Positions 12,806-24,964 of a stretch of 64,000 nucleotides of DNA are shown here, piece by piece. This DNA comes from Zootoca vivipara (lineage: Eukaryota). The stretch lies in the NCBI RefSeq assembly GCF_963506605.1, contig NC_083279.1:16368001-16432000 (forward strand). The letters are read 5' to 3'. The stretch's first letter is position 1. Each line of letters starts with the position of its first letter. Made by a program: the position numbers and the translations under genes. The notes beneath the pieces were generated by a model, which was not told the origin of the DNA, did not search any database, and saw nothing but the letters and a program-made list of their open reading frames with translations.

Positions 12806-13468
12806 CAGAGAGGGGTCTCCTGGGCATCCAGCGGCTACGGCAGCAACAGCAGCAGGGATCCCAGAGGCCGGCTTTGCACGAGAGAAAAAAGCAAGGTCAG
12901 TCCGAAGCCAAGCCATGCACACGGGCCGCTCCTGCCGCTGCGCTCCCGGCTCCTCCGCGCTCCTCCTGCCTATGCAGCGGCTGCTGCTGCAAATTGCTAG
13001 CCAGATCGTTCCTTAACGCCGAGGCGGCCGGAGATCGACTTCGCTTTCTTCTTCTTTGGGGGCGGGGGCCCCCCTCTGAGGGTGGAGGTTATGAAGGGGG
13101 GTCTTCTACTTCCCCCCTTCTTGTGCCTCGCAGTACGTGCCTGGATAGTTTGTGGATATGATCGCTGACTGGAGTCCGGGCTGTTGCAGTGTTTTTGGGG
13201 GGAGAGAGGGCTAAGAGGAGACCAGGCAGCGCCCCCCCCCATCCTCCGATTCTCTCCCCTCCCCATTTCATTCCTCCCTACCCAGCACGATCTCTCTCGA
13301 TCTCTCTCTCTCTTTCTGTTTTTCTGGCTTTTGCCCCCTCCCCTCCCCTCCCCCTCTTTTTTTTCTTTTTTGGCATCGGTTCGGACACTCCATGCCTGGA
13401 AGGAACTTGACGGCGTGAGAGGGGAGAATTTCCGCCTTGCCGTTTCCTCTGTGTGCTCCAGCTCGGGG

Positions 13469-13486
13469 ATGACTCGCTCGGTTTAA
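13469..13486 (+). promoter_or_regulatory. Short uORF (MTRSV*) ending 2 nt before the SLITRK1 ATG
   Basis: gggATGACTCGCTCGGTTTAAaaATG read directly; G at -3. Confidence 0.6.
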
Positions 13487-13488
13487 AA

Positions 13489-15564
13489 ATGCTGCTTTGG
13501 ATTCTGCTGCTGGAGACGTCTCTTTGTTTCGCTGCCGGGAATGTTACAGGGGACGTTTGCAAAGAGAAGATCTGCTTGTGCACCGAGATCGAGGGCGACT
13601 TGCACGTCGACTGCGAGAAGAAAGGCTTCACCAGCCTGCAACGCTTCTCGGCCCCCACTTCCCAGTTCTACCATTTGTTCCTGCACGGCAATTCCCTCAC
13701 TCGCCTTTTCCCCAATGAGTTCGCTAACTTTTACAATGCAGTCAGCTTGCACATGGAAAACAACGGCTTGCACGAGATCGTGCCGGGGGCTTTCCTGGGG
13801 CTGCAGCTGGTGAAGCGGCTGCACATCAACAACAACAAGATCAAATCGTTTCGCAAGCAGACCTTCCTGGGCTTGGACGATCTGGAATACCTCCAGGCTG
13901 ATTTTAATTTATTGAGGGATATTGACCCGGGGGCCTTTCGGGACTTAAACAAGCTGGAGGTGCTGATTTTAAACGACAACCTCATCAGCGTTTTGCCTGC
14001 CAACGTGTTCCAGTACGTGCCCATCACCCACCTGGACCTGCGGGGCAACCGCCTGAAAACCTTGCCTTACGAGGACGTACTGGAGCAGATCCCGGGCATT
14101 GCTGAGATTCTGCTGGAGGATAACCCTTGGGACTGCACGTGCGACCTGCTCTCGTTGAAAGAATGGCTGGAGAACATCCCCAAGAACGCCCTGATCGGCC
14201 GGGTGATTTGTGAAGCCCCTACGAGGCTGCAGGGCAAGGATCTAAACGAGACCACGGAGCAGGAGCTGTGCAGGAAAAACCGAGTGGATTCCAGCCTGGC
14301 TGCTCCTCCCGCAGAAGAGGAGACGTGCGATCCCGGGCCCATCCCGACCCCCTTTAAGATCCATGGCAAGGAAGACCCTGCCACCCCGGGCTCTGCTCCT
14401 CACGGGGGTACAAAAATCCCGGTGAACTGGCAGATTAAGACTAGACCTACGGCTGCCGGCTCGACCATCAACGTGAAAGGCAAGTCCTCCAGCAGCACAC
14501 CTTGTCCTGCCACCTGCGTCTGCCACCAGATCCCAGGAGGATTCAAGGTGAATTGCAACGATGGCAACGTCAGCAGCCTGGTGGATTTGAAACCCAAGCC
14601 CTCCAGCGTGCACGAGCTCTTCTTGAGGGGCAACAAAATCCACACCATTCGAAAATCCCATTTTGTGGACTACCGCAAACTCAACCTGTTGGACTTGGGC
14701 AACAACAACATCGCCACCATGGAGAACAACACCTTCAAGAACCTTTTGGAGCTGGTGTGGCTCTACATGGACAATAACTATTTGGACACACTCTCTCGGG
14801 AGAAGTTCAATGGATTGCAGAACCTGGAATACCTAAACATGGAATTTAATGTCATCCAGCTCATCATGCCAGGGACATTTAATGCCATGCCCAAGCTGAG
14901 GGTTCTCATCTTGAATAACAACCTTCTGAGGTCCCTCCCTGTTGATGTCTTTGCTGGGGTCTCCCTCTCCAAACTCAGCATCCACAACAATTATTTCCCT
15001 TACCTGCCAGTGGCAGGGGTGCTGGACCAGCTCACCTCCATCACCCAAATAGACCTGCATGATAACCCATGGGACTGTAAGTGCCCCATTGTCCCTTTCA
15101 AACAGTGGGTGGAGATGTTGCGACCCAAGGTGATGATGAGTGACTTGAGATGTGAGACTCCAGAAGAATTCTTCAAGGAGGACTTTGAATCCCTCTCCAA
15201 TGAGGCCATTTGTCCTCAACTCAAGGTCTTGCCCACCTTGACTTCCTCCAATAAGAACAGCACTGGCTTGGCCGAGACTGGGACACATTCCAACTCCTAC
15301 CTGGAGACTAGCAGGGTCTCCATCTCAGTGCTGGTGCCTGGCCTTTTGCTGGTCTTCGTCACCTCTGCATTCACAGTGGTGGGCATGCTGGTCTTTATCT
15401 TAAGGAACCGGAAGCGCTCAAAGAGGAGGGATGCCAACTCCTCAGCCTCGGAGATCAACTCCTTACAGACAGTCTGTGACTCATCCTACTGGCATAATGG
15501 ACCCTACAATGCAGATGGAGCCCATCGAGTATATGACTGTGGCTCTCACTCCCTATCAGACTGA
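13489..15564 (+). CDS. SLITRK1: SLIT and NTRK-like protein 1 (single coding exon, 691 aa)
   Basis: The track ORF 13453..15564 starts at GTG; the first in-frame ATG (13489, context aaaaATGc) gives the signal peptide [17 protein letters not shown]. Two LRR clusters with Cys caps (CKEKICLC...NPWDCTCDL; CPATCVC...NPWDCKC), a TM helix [25 protein letters not shown] and a short tail ending [10 protein letters not shown]. The N-terminus and short tail are recognisable as SLITRK1 rather than SLITRK2-6. Confidence 0.97.
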   Translation: MLLWILLLETSLCFAAGNVTGDVCKEKICLCTEIEGDLHVDCEKKGFTSLQRFSAPTSQFYHLFLHGNSLTRLFPNEFANFYNAVSLHMENNGLHEIVPGAFLGLQLVKRLHINNNKIKSFRKQTFLGLDDLEYLQADFNLLRDIDPGAFRDLNKLEVLILNDNLISVLPANVFQYVPITHLDLRGNRLKTLPYEDVLEQIPGIAEILLEDNPWDCTCDLLSLKEWLENIPKNALIGRVICEAPTRLQGKDLNETTEQELCRKNRVDSSLAAPPAEEETCDPGPIPTPFKIHGKEDPATPGSAPHGGTKIPVNWQIKTRPTAAGSTINVKGKSSSSTPCPATCVCHQIPGGFKVNCNDGNVSSLVDLKPKPSSVHELFLRGNKIHTIRKSHFVDYRKLNLLDLGNNNIATMENNTFKNLLELVWLYMDNNYLDTLSREKFNGLQNLEYLNMEFNVIQLIMPGTFNAMPKLRVLILNNNLLRSLPVDVFAGVSLSKLSIHNNYFPYLPVAGVLDQLTSITQIDLHDNPWDCKCPIVPFKQWVEMLRPKVMMSDLRCETPEEFFKEDFESLSNEAICPQLKVLPTLTSSNKNSTGLAETGTHSNSYLETSRVSISVLVPGLLLVFVTSAFTVVGMLVFILRNRKRSKRRDANSSASEINSLQTVCDSSYWHNGPYNADGAHRVYDCGSHSLSD

Positions 15565-18080
15565 AACACCAGACTGGGGAAATACAAAAACAAAACAAAA
15601 CAAAAAACCATTAAAATTTTAAATCATATTATGGGCAATCAGTTCAAGTTCAGCAGCTAGCAACCTCAACTTCCCTTCGGTGGCTCAAAGCTCCCTTTCC
15701 CTGATCTGTGCATTGCTGTCTCGTCCGCTGATGTGAATGGACCACAACATGGGATGGGACTTTGCCCACCTTAAAGCTACCTTCTGGTGAAAAAAACACC
15801 TACCCACTCACCAAACTGGGGAGAAATGGCGTGAGTGGAGGCCTGCTCCCCTCCCCCTTTGGCCAAGCCTTCAACTTGAGGCTGTGCTTGGTGTAAAAAT
15901 GTGCACTGCATAGTCAATGGCAAGGAAAGAAAGAAAGATAGAAAGATCCAGTCAAAGAGGATGGCTCGACTTAGGGGTTAAAGAGAGAGAGTAAATATGA
16001 ACACACTCTCCTGCAAGGTGACCTATGACCAGGTGGATCTATGGGCCCTGTGTGTGTATGTGTGTGCTGGGGAGACAAGGGCTCCCCCTGGCGCCCTCCC
16101 CATTGCAAGCAAAGCAAGAGTGTCCAGTTGCACGAAGGCATGAATGTATTGTAAATAAATGACTCTGATCTAAACAAACAGACAAACAAACCCAAGTTGC
16201 TGCATGGTTCGCATGGATACAAACCACCCAGGGACGCTTCAGCCCCCAATGGAAGCAGCGTCCAGTTCACCTCGTCCTCCCTCTTACCTGATAAGTTCCA
16301 TCATATCAAACTTTCTATATAAAAAAATACAGTATAATAAGAATAAAAAGTGCCATTTTGCCATTATTTTTGTGTGATTGCTAGGCAGTAGAGATCGTCC
16401 TTTTACTGTGAAACAAACAAGGAAAAATGTAAAGATTTTATTTAAGACATGTTTGCATGGCTATACTCTCATGGGTTTCAGGTTTTGCGTTTGGGGGTGT
16501 AGGAAAATGAATTACTTTGTTGGGTGGATTTTCTCTCTGTTTGGGGGAGGGAGGAGGGGGCCAGTTTGCTTCTGGTTATTTTTGAGTTTCCTTTGGAAAT
16601 TAACATCTCCAATAATGCCTTTCCATCTGAATGTAAAAAAAAAAAAATGCCCTCAGTATTTTCTCTGATGATTAAAAGTGTTAAACTATTTTTTAAAAAA
16701 CAAAGACATCCCAAGCAGTTAAGCATGTTCAATTAATGCCACTTGAGTGCTTAAGCTGCAAAGTTGAACGGGAGTAAGATTTTTTTTGTGTGGGCTCTTG
16801 TAAATCACACTCTTAAAAACTGGAGGGAGAAAAAAATCTAAGCTGATGAGAAAGCAAGCGAGACTTAATTAATTATATTCGAGGATTTTATAATGGCATA
16901 TTTTTTCAGTATTAAAGTGAAAATGTTTTCAAAGCTAGAGTCATTCCATTTTTTTAAAACTCCCCCCCTTATCACTTTCTGAACACAAGTGGGATTCCCA
17001 CCCTTTTCATTATTAAAAAAAAGTTGGGGTGGATAAATGAAAAAAAAGCCTCTTTGCTTTCACTCCAATGTGAAAGCTGCAGTGTGTTTCTCTCTGGTTC
17101 CAAACCATGTCAATTTCACTCAGCAATTCTTGCTGCCTCCCCCTTCCTCCCCCTGCCTTGAATGCAGCACTGAAAACCTTTATTAATACTGGGGATGCCT
17201 TTGGTGCCAATACTGCTGCTGTGGCTGCACACTGCAGATAGACTAGGGAGGTGGGTGGGAATTTGATTTAATTGACTCTGCCTTAGATCTCTCTCATTAA
17301 TACGATACGGTGACCAGACTTCATTGGGCAACAATTCTTTAAACCCGATGACTGGCAGGGTAGGATGCTGGTGGCAATTGGGCACCAGCATCTGTTAGGG
17401 ATGGAGATGAGGTGGGGGGGGCAGTTGAAGCCACCTCAAACTAATTGGTGGTGGAATTTCCTAACCCAAGCCCCTCTCCCTCCAGATCTGCACCTTCCAG
17501 ACTTGTAATAAATCTCTCTTCTTTCTGCCATTTGACTTCAACTCCATCTACTTTGATTTCCCTTGCACAGTAGGCTGGCCCTTAACTAGATAATACAAGC
17601 AGAGGCAGAAAGTCCCCTGCAAATCAATTGCAGCTTCCCAGCTGAAGTCCCAGTGGAGAAATGAAAGATTTCAGTCACGTTGCTCCTGGCTTTCTGCAGG
17701 CAGAGAATCCTTTTAAAGAGGAAAACACTGGAAGAGACTAAGCACAACTTCAGAAAGAACAGATGGGGATGCTGCGTTTAAAAGGGAAAGAGAGGGGAAG
17801 AGAGAAAACACAAATCATTAATAATGATATGTCCATTTTGTGCATAGGTGGTTTGGGGGCGGGGGAGGAAGGTGAGAAAGGCAGAGAGAGGCAAACAAGG
17901 TTCTCAAAGCTGAGTTTGAAAACAAACAAACAAACCTTAAGCTGAAGTGTAGGAAGACCTTTGCAGAGGTGGGAACTCAGTGATACACCTAGAGCATTTG
18001 GGAACTTCTTAAACTTTGTCTTGCTATTTCATATTGTTTGTATAACTTTTTGGTAATAAAAAAAATACCTGCTGCTTTGT
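15565..18080 (+). other. Putative SLITRK1 3' UTR, with likely distal polyA signal AATAAA at 18055-18060
   Basis: TE-free, AU-rich sequence after the stop codon; AATAAA at 16154, 16342, 17507 and 18055. Which signal is used is inferred, not shown. Confidence 0.5.
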
Positions 18081-20192
18081 ACAAACTATGGCTACTTAAA
18101 AAGACCCTTCACCATTTTTTTTTTTTTATTACTTGGGGACTGTGATCCAGAATATTCTGTGGGTGAGAGGGGTAAAAATAGTAATTAGTTTGCTCCAGTG
18201 AGTTGTTCCAAAAAAAAAAAAAAATCTTCTGCAAACACCCCTTCTTCACCCAATCCAGAGATCAATTACGCAGATTTTTTTTAAAAAAACATTGTATAAG
18301 AAAATATTTTATTAATGAAGAAATCATTTTCTTATTTTAAATATAGTTTCTATGGCTGTCTAGCAACCTTAGAGTTTTAGCAACCAAACCGATTATGAAT
18401 ATACAGCAGAGCTAGAAGTGGAGGTAAAAATAATAACACAGCTTATGGAGGGAGGTTCTTATAAGATCTAGTCCATACAATTTTATGAACTATAAAACTT
18501 AACAGGGTACCAATTGCTTTGCAATTTTACATGACAACAGCATTACATTGTATTTATCCCTTCCTCTTTTATGCCTAAAATGAAATGAAGTATCATAAGC
18601 ATGGGTTCATCTCTTCTAATTATATGTTATTTTTTTATATAAAAAACTTACAGGTTAATGTATTTTAATAATCCTGTAGCATATGCTATTTTCAGTAAAA
18701 GAAGTATGAACAGCACCAAGTTATTATATAGATTACCAATAGGAGAAAAATAGAGCTTTCTGTGGTTCAGAATCTGCTTGTTCTATAATTGACTTTTGAA
18801 GTTCTTACACTCTTTTTTAAGGGCACTTAGGTTAAAATCTAAGAACCAAAACTCATGGGTGGCTAACTTGCAAAATGCCATAATTTTTTTTTTCTCAAGA
18901 TGATTTTTCTTTTCTTTTGCCATATATGGTCAACACATCTGTGGTACGTGTATAAAATTATAATAGGAGGCAGATATATGGAATAATTCCAGCAAATGAG
19001 TAATGAAGGGAGATATTTCAATAGATCTCATTCACATCAATTATTCAATCCCACAAAATGTTTTATTCATCCTGATAAAGTATAACTTCCTCCATAATAT
19101 TTATGCAACTGGGAACATACGATATAAGTGCCACAACCTGATTAGTCATTTATGTATGCATACATGTTGCACAGCCTTCTGTGTTTCAAGTGTTAAGGGC
19201 CACCGTGAAGCTATAAATATTGTGTTTGCTACGTGAAGGATGCTGCTTCCAGTTGAATCAGTCTTCAATTCATCAAACTTAAAAGAGATTTCAGTAATAC
19301 CAGGTACAAAAGCAAGGAGGAAAAAGAGATTGCTTATTTACTTCCATAGCTTGAAACGGAGTATTTTCTGTGATACTGTGGAGCTAAGAATAGGCCATAA
19401 CTTCATCTGTTGCCATAGGAATGTATGCTTGAATGTATATGGGCATCTTACATGCGTATTTATTAGAAAGCTGAATGAGATTTATCCTGTGCAATGTTAC
19501 AATTTGAATTGACTAAGATATGAATTAGAGGTTCCTTTTTGAGAAGTGTGCTGCTGTCCAAGCTTATTTCAGTGCATATCCTACATTCTTACTTTAGTGT
19601 TGCATTCTGCTTATAGCAGCAACATGACGGATGGGTTCTATATATTTGGTTGTGGAACGAACAACAATATGATCGCACTGGAAACCGTTTGGCATGGGTG
19701 GTATTTGGAGCTTTATGATGAATGGATGGGGGAAAGGACGCAGTGTGGAAGTAAAATATTGTGAATACCGGTATGTTGTGTTTTAGGGATTGAAATAAAT
19801 AGCTAACTTGAAAAGAAAAATCAGCACTGGCCAAACTCTTCTCCCAAACAAGAAATAAATCATCTTGTTTTCTTTAAACCTTGGTCCAGATAGACTTCAT
19901 TAATGCCAAAATGCTTAATGAGAGCTCACCAAACTGAGCCTCGTTGGTTAAAATACTGGCCGGCTGTTGCCATTCCATCTGACTAGTCTCTTTGATGAAG
20001 AAGCACCCTTGTGCTTCATGTTAATTTTATCAGCTTTCAGGACACTCTTCATTTTCAAGCAGTTCCCCCGTAGTGGTTTTACCTAGCCTGAACTATTCTG
20101 TTACATGTCCATAGAAGGAGAGAGGCCCCCACATAGGTGGGGCTTGCAGGGCCAGCTGGAATACCAGTTTTACTTGTAAACTTGGCCTTACA

Positions 20193-20328
20193 GTGAGATG
20201 TGGAACCTGTGCACCTCTGTATGTTATTGGACTCCAGCTCCTACTAGCCCTAGAAGCAAGGCCATTGGTCAGGGGTGATGGGAGTTGTGGTGCAACAGCA
20301 TTTGGAGGGCTACAGATTCCCAATCTTT
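20193..20328. mobile_element. Old hAT-type MITE (relative of 2295-2430)
   Basis: Palindromic core ggactccagctcc...gatgggagttgtgg...ggagggctaca. Further diverged relatives at about 20925-21058, 23662-23805, 29565-29690, 35530-35621 and 50960-51060. Confidence 0.6.
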
Positions 20329-21716
20329 GCCTTGGAGAAGACCCAGGCTAAATTCCTGTGCACGGTATCACTTCAGGTTCAGTCTTCCTAAAAACATCAA
20401 AACATCTTCGGTATGTTTTTAATTTGTTTGGTAATCAGGCAAAGCAAGGATTTGCAAATCTGTTTCAATTTTTAATATGCGACTAAGAGTGCAGTCTTAA
20501 TGCACACATTGATGTTGTTGACTGGGGTGGTAGGATCATGCTTAGTTGCGTCTTCACCAGCCTACATCAGAAGAGAGATGTGGCACCAGTTGTAGGCTAT
20601 CCCCCACCCTAGTTCTCTCAACAGTGGCAGAAGTAACAAATCTGCAAAATGTGGCATTTTTGGTTGGGGTGTTGGCAGATTTGGATCCACATGATCCAAA
20701 ACCCTGTCTGTGTGGATTTTCCAAAGAACCTCGGATCTCTCATCTACAGGAGCTGGTGTACTGAAAAATGGGAAGAAACTTCCTTTACCTTCTGCCCTGA
20801 CCAGGGCAAGCTAGCAGGACCTGCATCACAGCAGTAGATCCACCACATCAGTCTCCCTGACCCTACTTCAGTAGCTTCCTCCACCCAGTTTCCCAGGGTG
20901 CTTCAGTAGTTACCTTCAAAGGCATGAGTAGTCAATATGGTGCCCACCAGATATTGTTGAATCATAACTCCCATCATCATGGACCATTGGTTGTGCTACT
21001 TGGGGCTGATGGGAATCGTAGTCCAACAACATTTGGAGGGTAACATGTTGGTTATCCAAGCTAGAATAGCTTTTCCCTCCCTTATCTCTTAGATTAATCT
21101 TTCTTCTGTCTGAGAGTCGGAATTGGGTTTAATGGAGTCAGTCTGATGATCAGGCTTTTCTTGTATTCCCTCTGCTCAGCATTAGAATTGGATCAGCTGA
21201 AATGGGGCATGTGGCCCACAATGTTATGCTGAGAAAGGATGAAGGAAGGTCAAGCTGCCACTTGCTACAGTTATTGTTTTATGTCTTGAGAATGCAAGTG
21301 TGTAAAAACAACAACAACAGCCAGACTTGAGATGGAATGATGATCCTCAGGCTTTTCTATGCCACCCCACCCCCGCAAGTATTTGCAACAAGCAATCGTG
21401 TTTGATTTTCTCACATTATTGCCAAAGCAGGGGCCACTATCATCAATGGATCTTATACTTTCTGCTCTGTCGGTGGAATCTCAGACATTATGCCTGTAGT
21501 AATCTTATTCTCAATGTGATCACTTACTGGGAAGCATGGATCAGCCAAAGGGCATCACATGGAGGCACAACTTGTGTGAAACAGTGCCTTCATATGTGGC
21601 CTATATAAGTAGCCATGCTGACCTATGTATATGATTTTGGGCACTATGGGTGCTCCATATGTAGACCTATTCCATATGGTGCCAATTGATGAACTGGTCA
21701 TATCCTATTTGGAGAA

Positions 21717-21908
21717 GGGCCACTGTTTAGTGGTAGAGCATCTGCTTTGTATGCAGAAAGTTCTAGGTTCAATCTTTGGCACCCCCGGGTAGGACTGGGA
21801 ATGTATGTTGCCTGAAACTCTGGAGAGCCATGTTGAGTCAAAGTAGGCATTACTGAGCTAGATGAACCAATGATCTGGGTTGGTCCAAAGTAGTTCCCTG
21901 TGTTTCTA
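21717..21908 (+). mobile_element. SINE with tRNA-Ala-like head
   Basis: tagtggtagagcatctgctttgtatgcagaaagttctaggttcaatc head; ctgagctagatgaaccaatgatctg tail. Confidence 0.7.
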
Positions 21909-22758
21909 TTGCTGGTTTATCTAACATTAAAATAAAAGGGACTTAAAACTTTGCTTACATTGGGCCGCTTCCAAATAACAGTTGTACTGGCCTAGGCAAG
22001 TTCAATGAGTCCCATTCGTGCAACTGGGCTGTTCTTCCCTCTCCACCCCCTGTGCCCTCTGTGCTCTCTCCAATCAGCTCTGTGGGCTTGGGAGAACCCC
22101 CCAGAACAGTGTATAGGGGTGGATAGGGGGAGATCCTTCCATCTGGCAAGCAGAACAATTGTAATAGTGCAACATTTAATTCCATCCTCTATGTCCAGGC
22201 ATATTCAAGATGGGTGGGAGGTTCTTCATCCATTTGTGTACCATTTATTTGAGCCTCAATATGTTTCTGGGCAGCTGTAAACCAGCTCAGTTCAAACTGC
22301 AACCTTCCATTTATGCTGTTTCCTCATGAAAAGAGTGGCTCCATCAGCAGTGTAAGCCTTGAATGAGTGGCACTTGTCCATGTTATGGGCATATCACAGT
22401 GGAGCAGAGCACTTATATATGCTGACAATTCTTTGCTCAAAGTTGGTCCCTTTGAGAGGCTAATACAGTGCTCTAGGCTAAACTGTGCTAGGTCTAGCAT
22501 CAACACTGATTCTAAATAACTCACTATTTCTCTTTTACCAAGTGGATAAAATAAAAGTGCCTGCGAGGGGGGAAATGTGCTAAAAAGGTGGTAGCATAGT
22601 AGACTTCTTATATAAGATATCCGCAATACCTTTCTTAGGGACAACCAAAATGTCACAAAATAATGGAAAGCTTTCATGTTCTCCAGAAGTCTTCATGAGG
22701 CAAAATGTTTTGCAAAGCAGAGAATGGGTAGAATAATAATAATTTAAAATAAATAAAT

Positions 22759-22972
22759 AAAACAATTCCTTCCAGTAGCACCTTAGAGACCAACTTAGTC
22801 TGTCATTGGTATGAGCTTTTGTTTGCATGCACACTTTGAAGGTATCTGAAGAAGTGTGCATGCCCATGAAAGCTCATACCAATGACAAACTTAGTTGGTC
22901 TCTAAGGTGCTACTGGAAGGAATTGTTTTCTTTTGTTTCGACTACGGCAGACCAACACGGCGACCTACCTGT
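22759..22972. mobile_element. Penelope-like pLTR fragments as an inverted (head-to-head) pair; hammerhead motif at 22841-22880 (+)
   Basis: 22759-22836 is the near-perfect reverse complement of 22852-22929; the + copy continues into a PLE-type tail (ggcagaccaacacggcgacctacctg). Confidence 0.85.
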
Positions 22973-23661
22973 AATTTAATACCACAGTCATTTACTAGGG
23001 AATAAGCTGTACTGAGCTAAATGGGACTTAGTTCTGGGCAGATGTGTACAGGATTGTGCTGCAAGATCCCATGGAGTTCAATTTCTCCTTTGCTTCTCCC
23101 AGTGTGCCCACTCTGCTCTCCCCATAGGAGCTATGGAGGGTCAGGGAAAACTGAAGAGCAGGTTTAGGCTGCTGTGCACACGCACTGTGTGAGAGAAGGG
23201 AGTGGTAGTTCTGTTGCACAGCCAAAATTCACTAGTGGAAGCAGTTCATTGGATTCTGCATTCATTCAGTCTCACTGAACTCAATAGGATGTGTATAGGT
23301 GTCTACTATCAAGCTGCCTTTGACATTTGACATATGGAGTGCTGGGATTCATGTCCCAATGTCCCTCTTAGCTTGATACTAAGCATTGGGTCTATCTGAG
23401 TTTTGAAGCATTTTGTTTATATACCAAAGTGGAAAACTTGGAGCATTGGTGTTCCACTTCTGACACACCATGGGCAGGGTCATTGCGGTTGTCTCGGAAC
23501 TGGATTTTAATCTGAGGAATCAGTGATGAATGCTGGACAAAATTATGGCTTGTGGGCTGAGTCTGACCATTATTTTTCTCCTGCCATAATACGCTATTAT
23601 GCACCAACAGCACACTGCTATGTGCAGCATCAATGTGTTGTAATAGGTAGAGTTGCCTAAG

Positions 23662-23805
23662 TCAGGAAGAGGAAACTTTTGGCCCTTCCAAATTTGTTGG
23701 ACTACAACTTCCATTATCGAAGGCCATTGGCCATGCTGGGTGGAGCTTGGGTTGATGGAAATGGGAGTCCAACCACATTTAAAGAGCCACAGCTTCCCCA
23801 TCTCT
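23662..23805. mobile_element. Old hAT-type MITE
   Basis: caggaagaggaaact...ggactacaacttcc...gggagtccaacc...agcttccccatctctg; degenerate flanks gcctaagt/acctaggg. Confidence 0.6.
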
Positions 23806-24964
23806 GACCTAGGGAGACCTGGTGTTCAAATTCAGGCTCATTGTTGAGGATCACTGCGTTCAGTTATTGCCTTTCAGCTGAAGCCAACTCACTGTGAGAA
23901 AGGGAGGGGTTACAAATAAGGTTAGTAAATGAACCTTCTGAATCCCAGCAAGGGGGGGGGGGGAAGCCACCAGAGATTTGATTTGCCCTAGATGAACTGT
24001 AGAAGGAGAAAGGATTCATTCTGAGTGTAATGTGAGAAAATGTGCTGCTTTGTAATATGTGAAATGGTCTCATAAGGCAGTTCCATAGATCTAAATCAGA
24101 GCCTGTTTTCATAAATGATGCTAAGGATGGATATTTTTGGTATGAGATGCATTACTTCTGAATGCTTTTAATGCAGCTGAGTGAGCAGAAGGGAGTCACT
24201 TGGAAATAATAAAAAGGAAATGTTCGTTCCAGCCACTTTAAGATTTTCAGTCAAATTATAAATTTGAAAAATGCACCCGGGTATGGGGGAGATTTTAGGC
24301 ATGATTGTGTCCATAGCCGCAGGACAAGGAAAGGCTTGATCTCACTTGTCTAAGAGTAAATTGGGAGTTTCAGAGTTCCCTGCTGGGCATGGAAGTCCAC
24401 AAAAATTAGCATTAGCTCCATAGACAGTCTTGTACCTAACTAGTGACCAAGAGCCCACCGACTAGCCCTCTCCAGACTTGTTGGATCAAAGTAGACCTAT
24501 ACACAGGGGGCTGGGGATAAACAGATTGTTGGATGCTTGTAGGTATAGCAGAGGAGGATTGGCAATGAGCATATGTGGCCTACAGGACCATCTAAGTGGG
24601 GAAGACATACCCACTATGTGGAGCTTCCTTGTATCCTGCCATCTATGGACTTGGTCTTGAAAAGGATTTCATGTAGATGCTTTGCTACGATTCTAAGTTA
24701 GGTACATATTTGGCTTCTCCAGAGGAATGGTGTCTAGTAACTGTGCTGAGAAAGATCTTTGTTTGGGCACTGAAGAATCACTGCTGGTGCCAGTTATCAT
24801 TCATTATCCTGCTCGGTGGACCAATGGTCTGAATAAATATACAAGGCAACTTCATATGCTCACTCACTGCATTGCACCAAGACGGTGAATTAGATTTCAT
24901 CCCGTGTATTGATTATTATCTTATTGCATAGCTTTGATTCAGCTCTTGTTTGAGGAACCCTCCT

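Larger units (their letters stand above)
12100..14780. promoter_or_regulatory. CpG island covering the SLITRK1 promoter, 5' UTR and 5' half of the CDS
   Basis: Visibly high GC and CpG density against CpG-depleted flanks. Reverse CCAAT (ATTGG 12740-12744) and GC box (GGGGCGTG 12767-12774). Boundaries estimated by eye; scattered CpGs extend upstream to about 10900. Confidence 0.8.

Noticed and set aside
12580-13161. 193-aa ORF upstream of SLITRK1
   Set aside because: Low-complexity translation of GA repeats and CpG-island sequence; no recognisable domain.
13453-13488. 12-aa N-terminal extension of SLITRK1 in the ORF track
   Set aside because: It starts at GTG. The signal peptide and the recognisable N-terminus begin at ATG 13489, and the extension overlaps the putative splice acceptor.
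13483-15288. Antisense and alternate-frame ORFs overlapping SLITRK1
   Set aside because: Expected shadows of a GC3-rich coding sequence.
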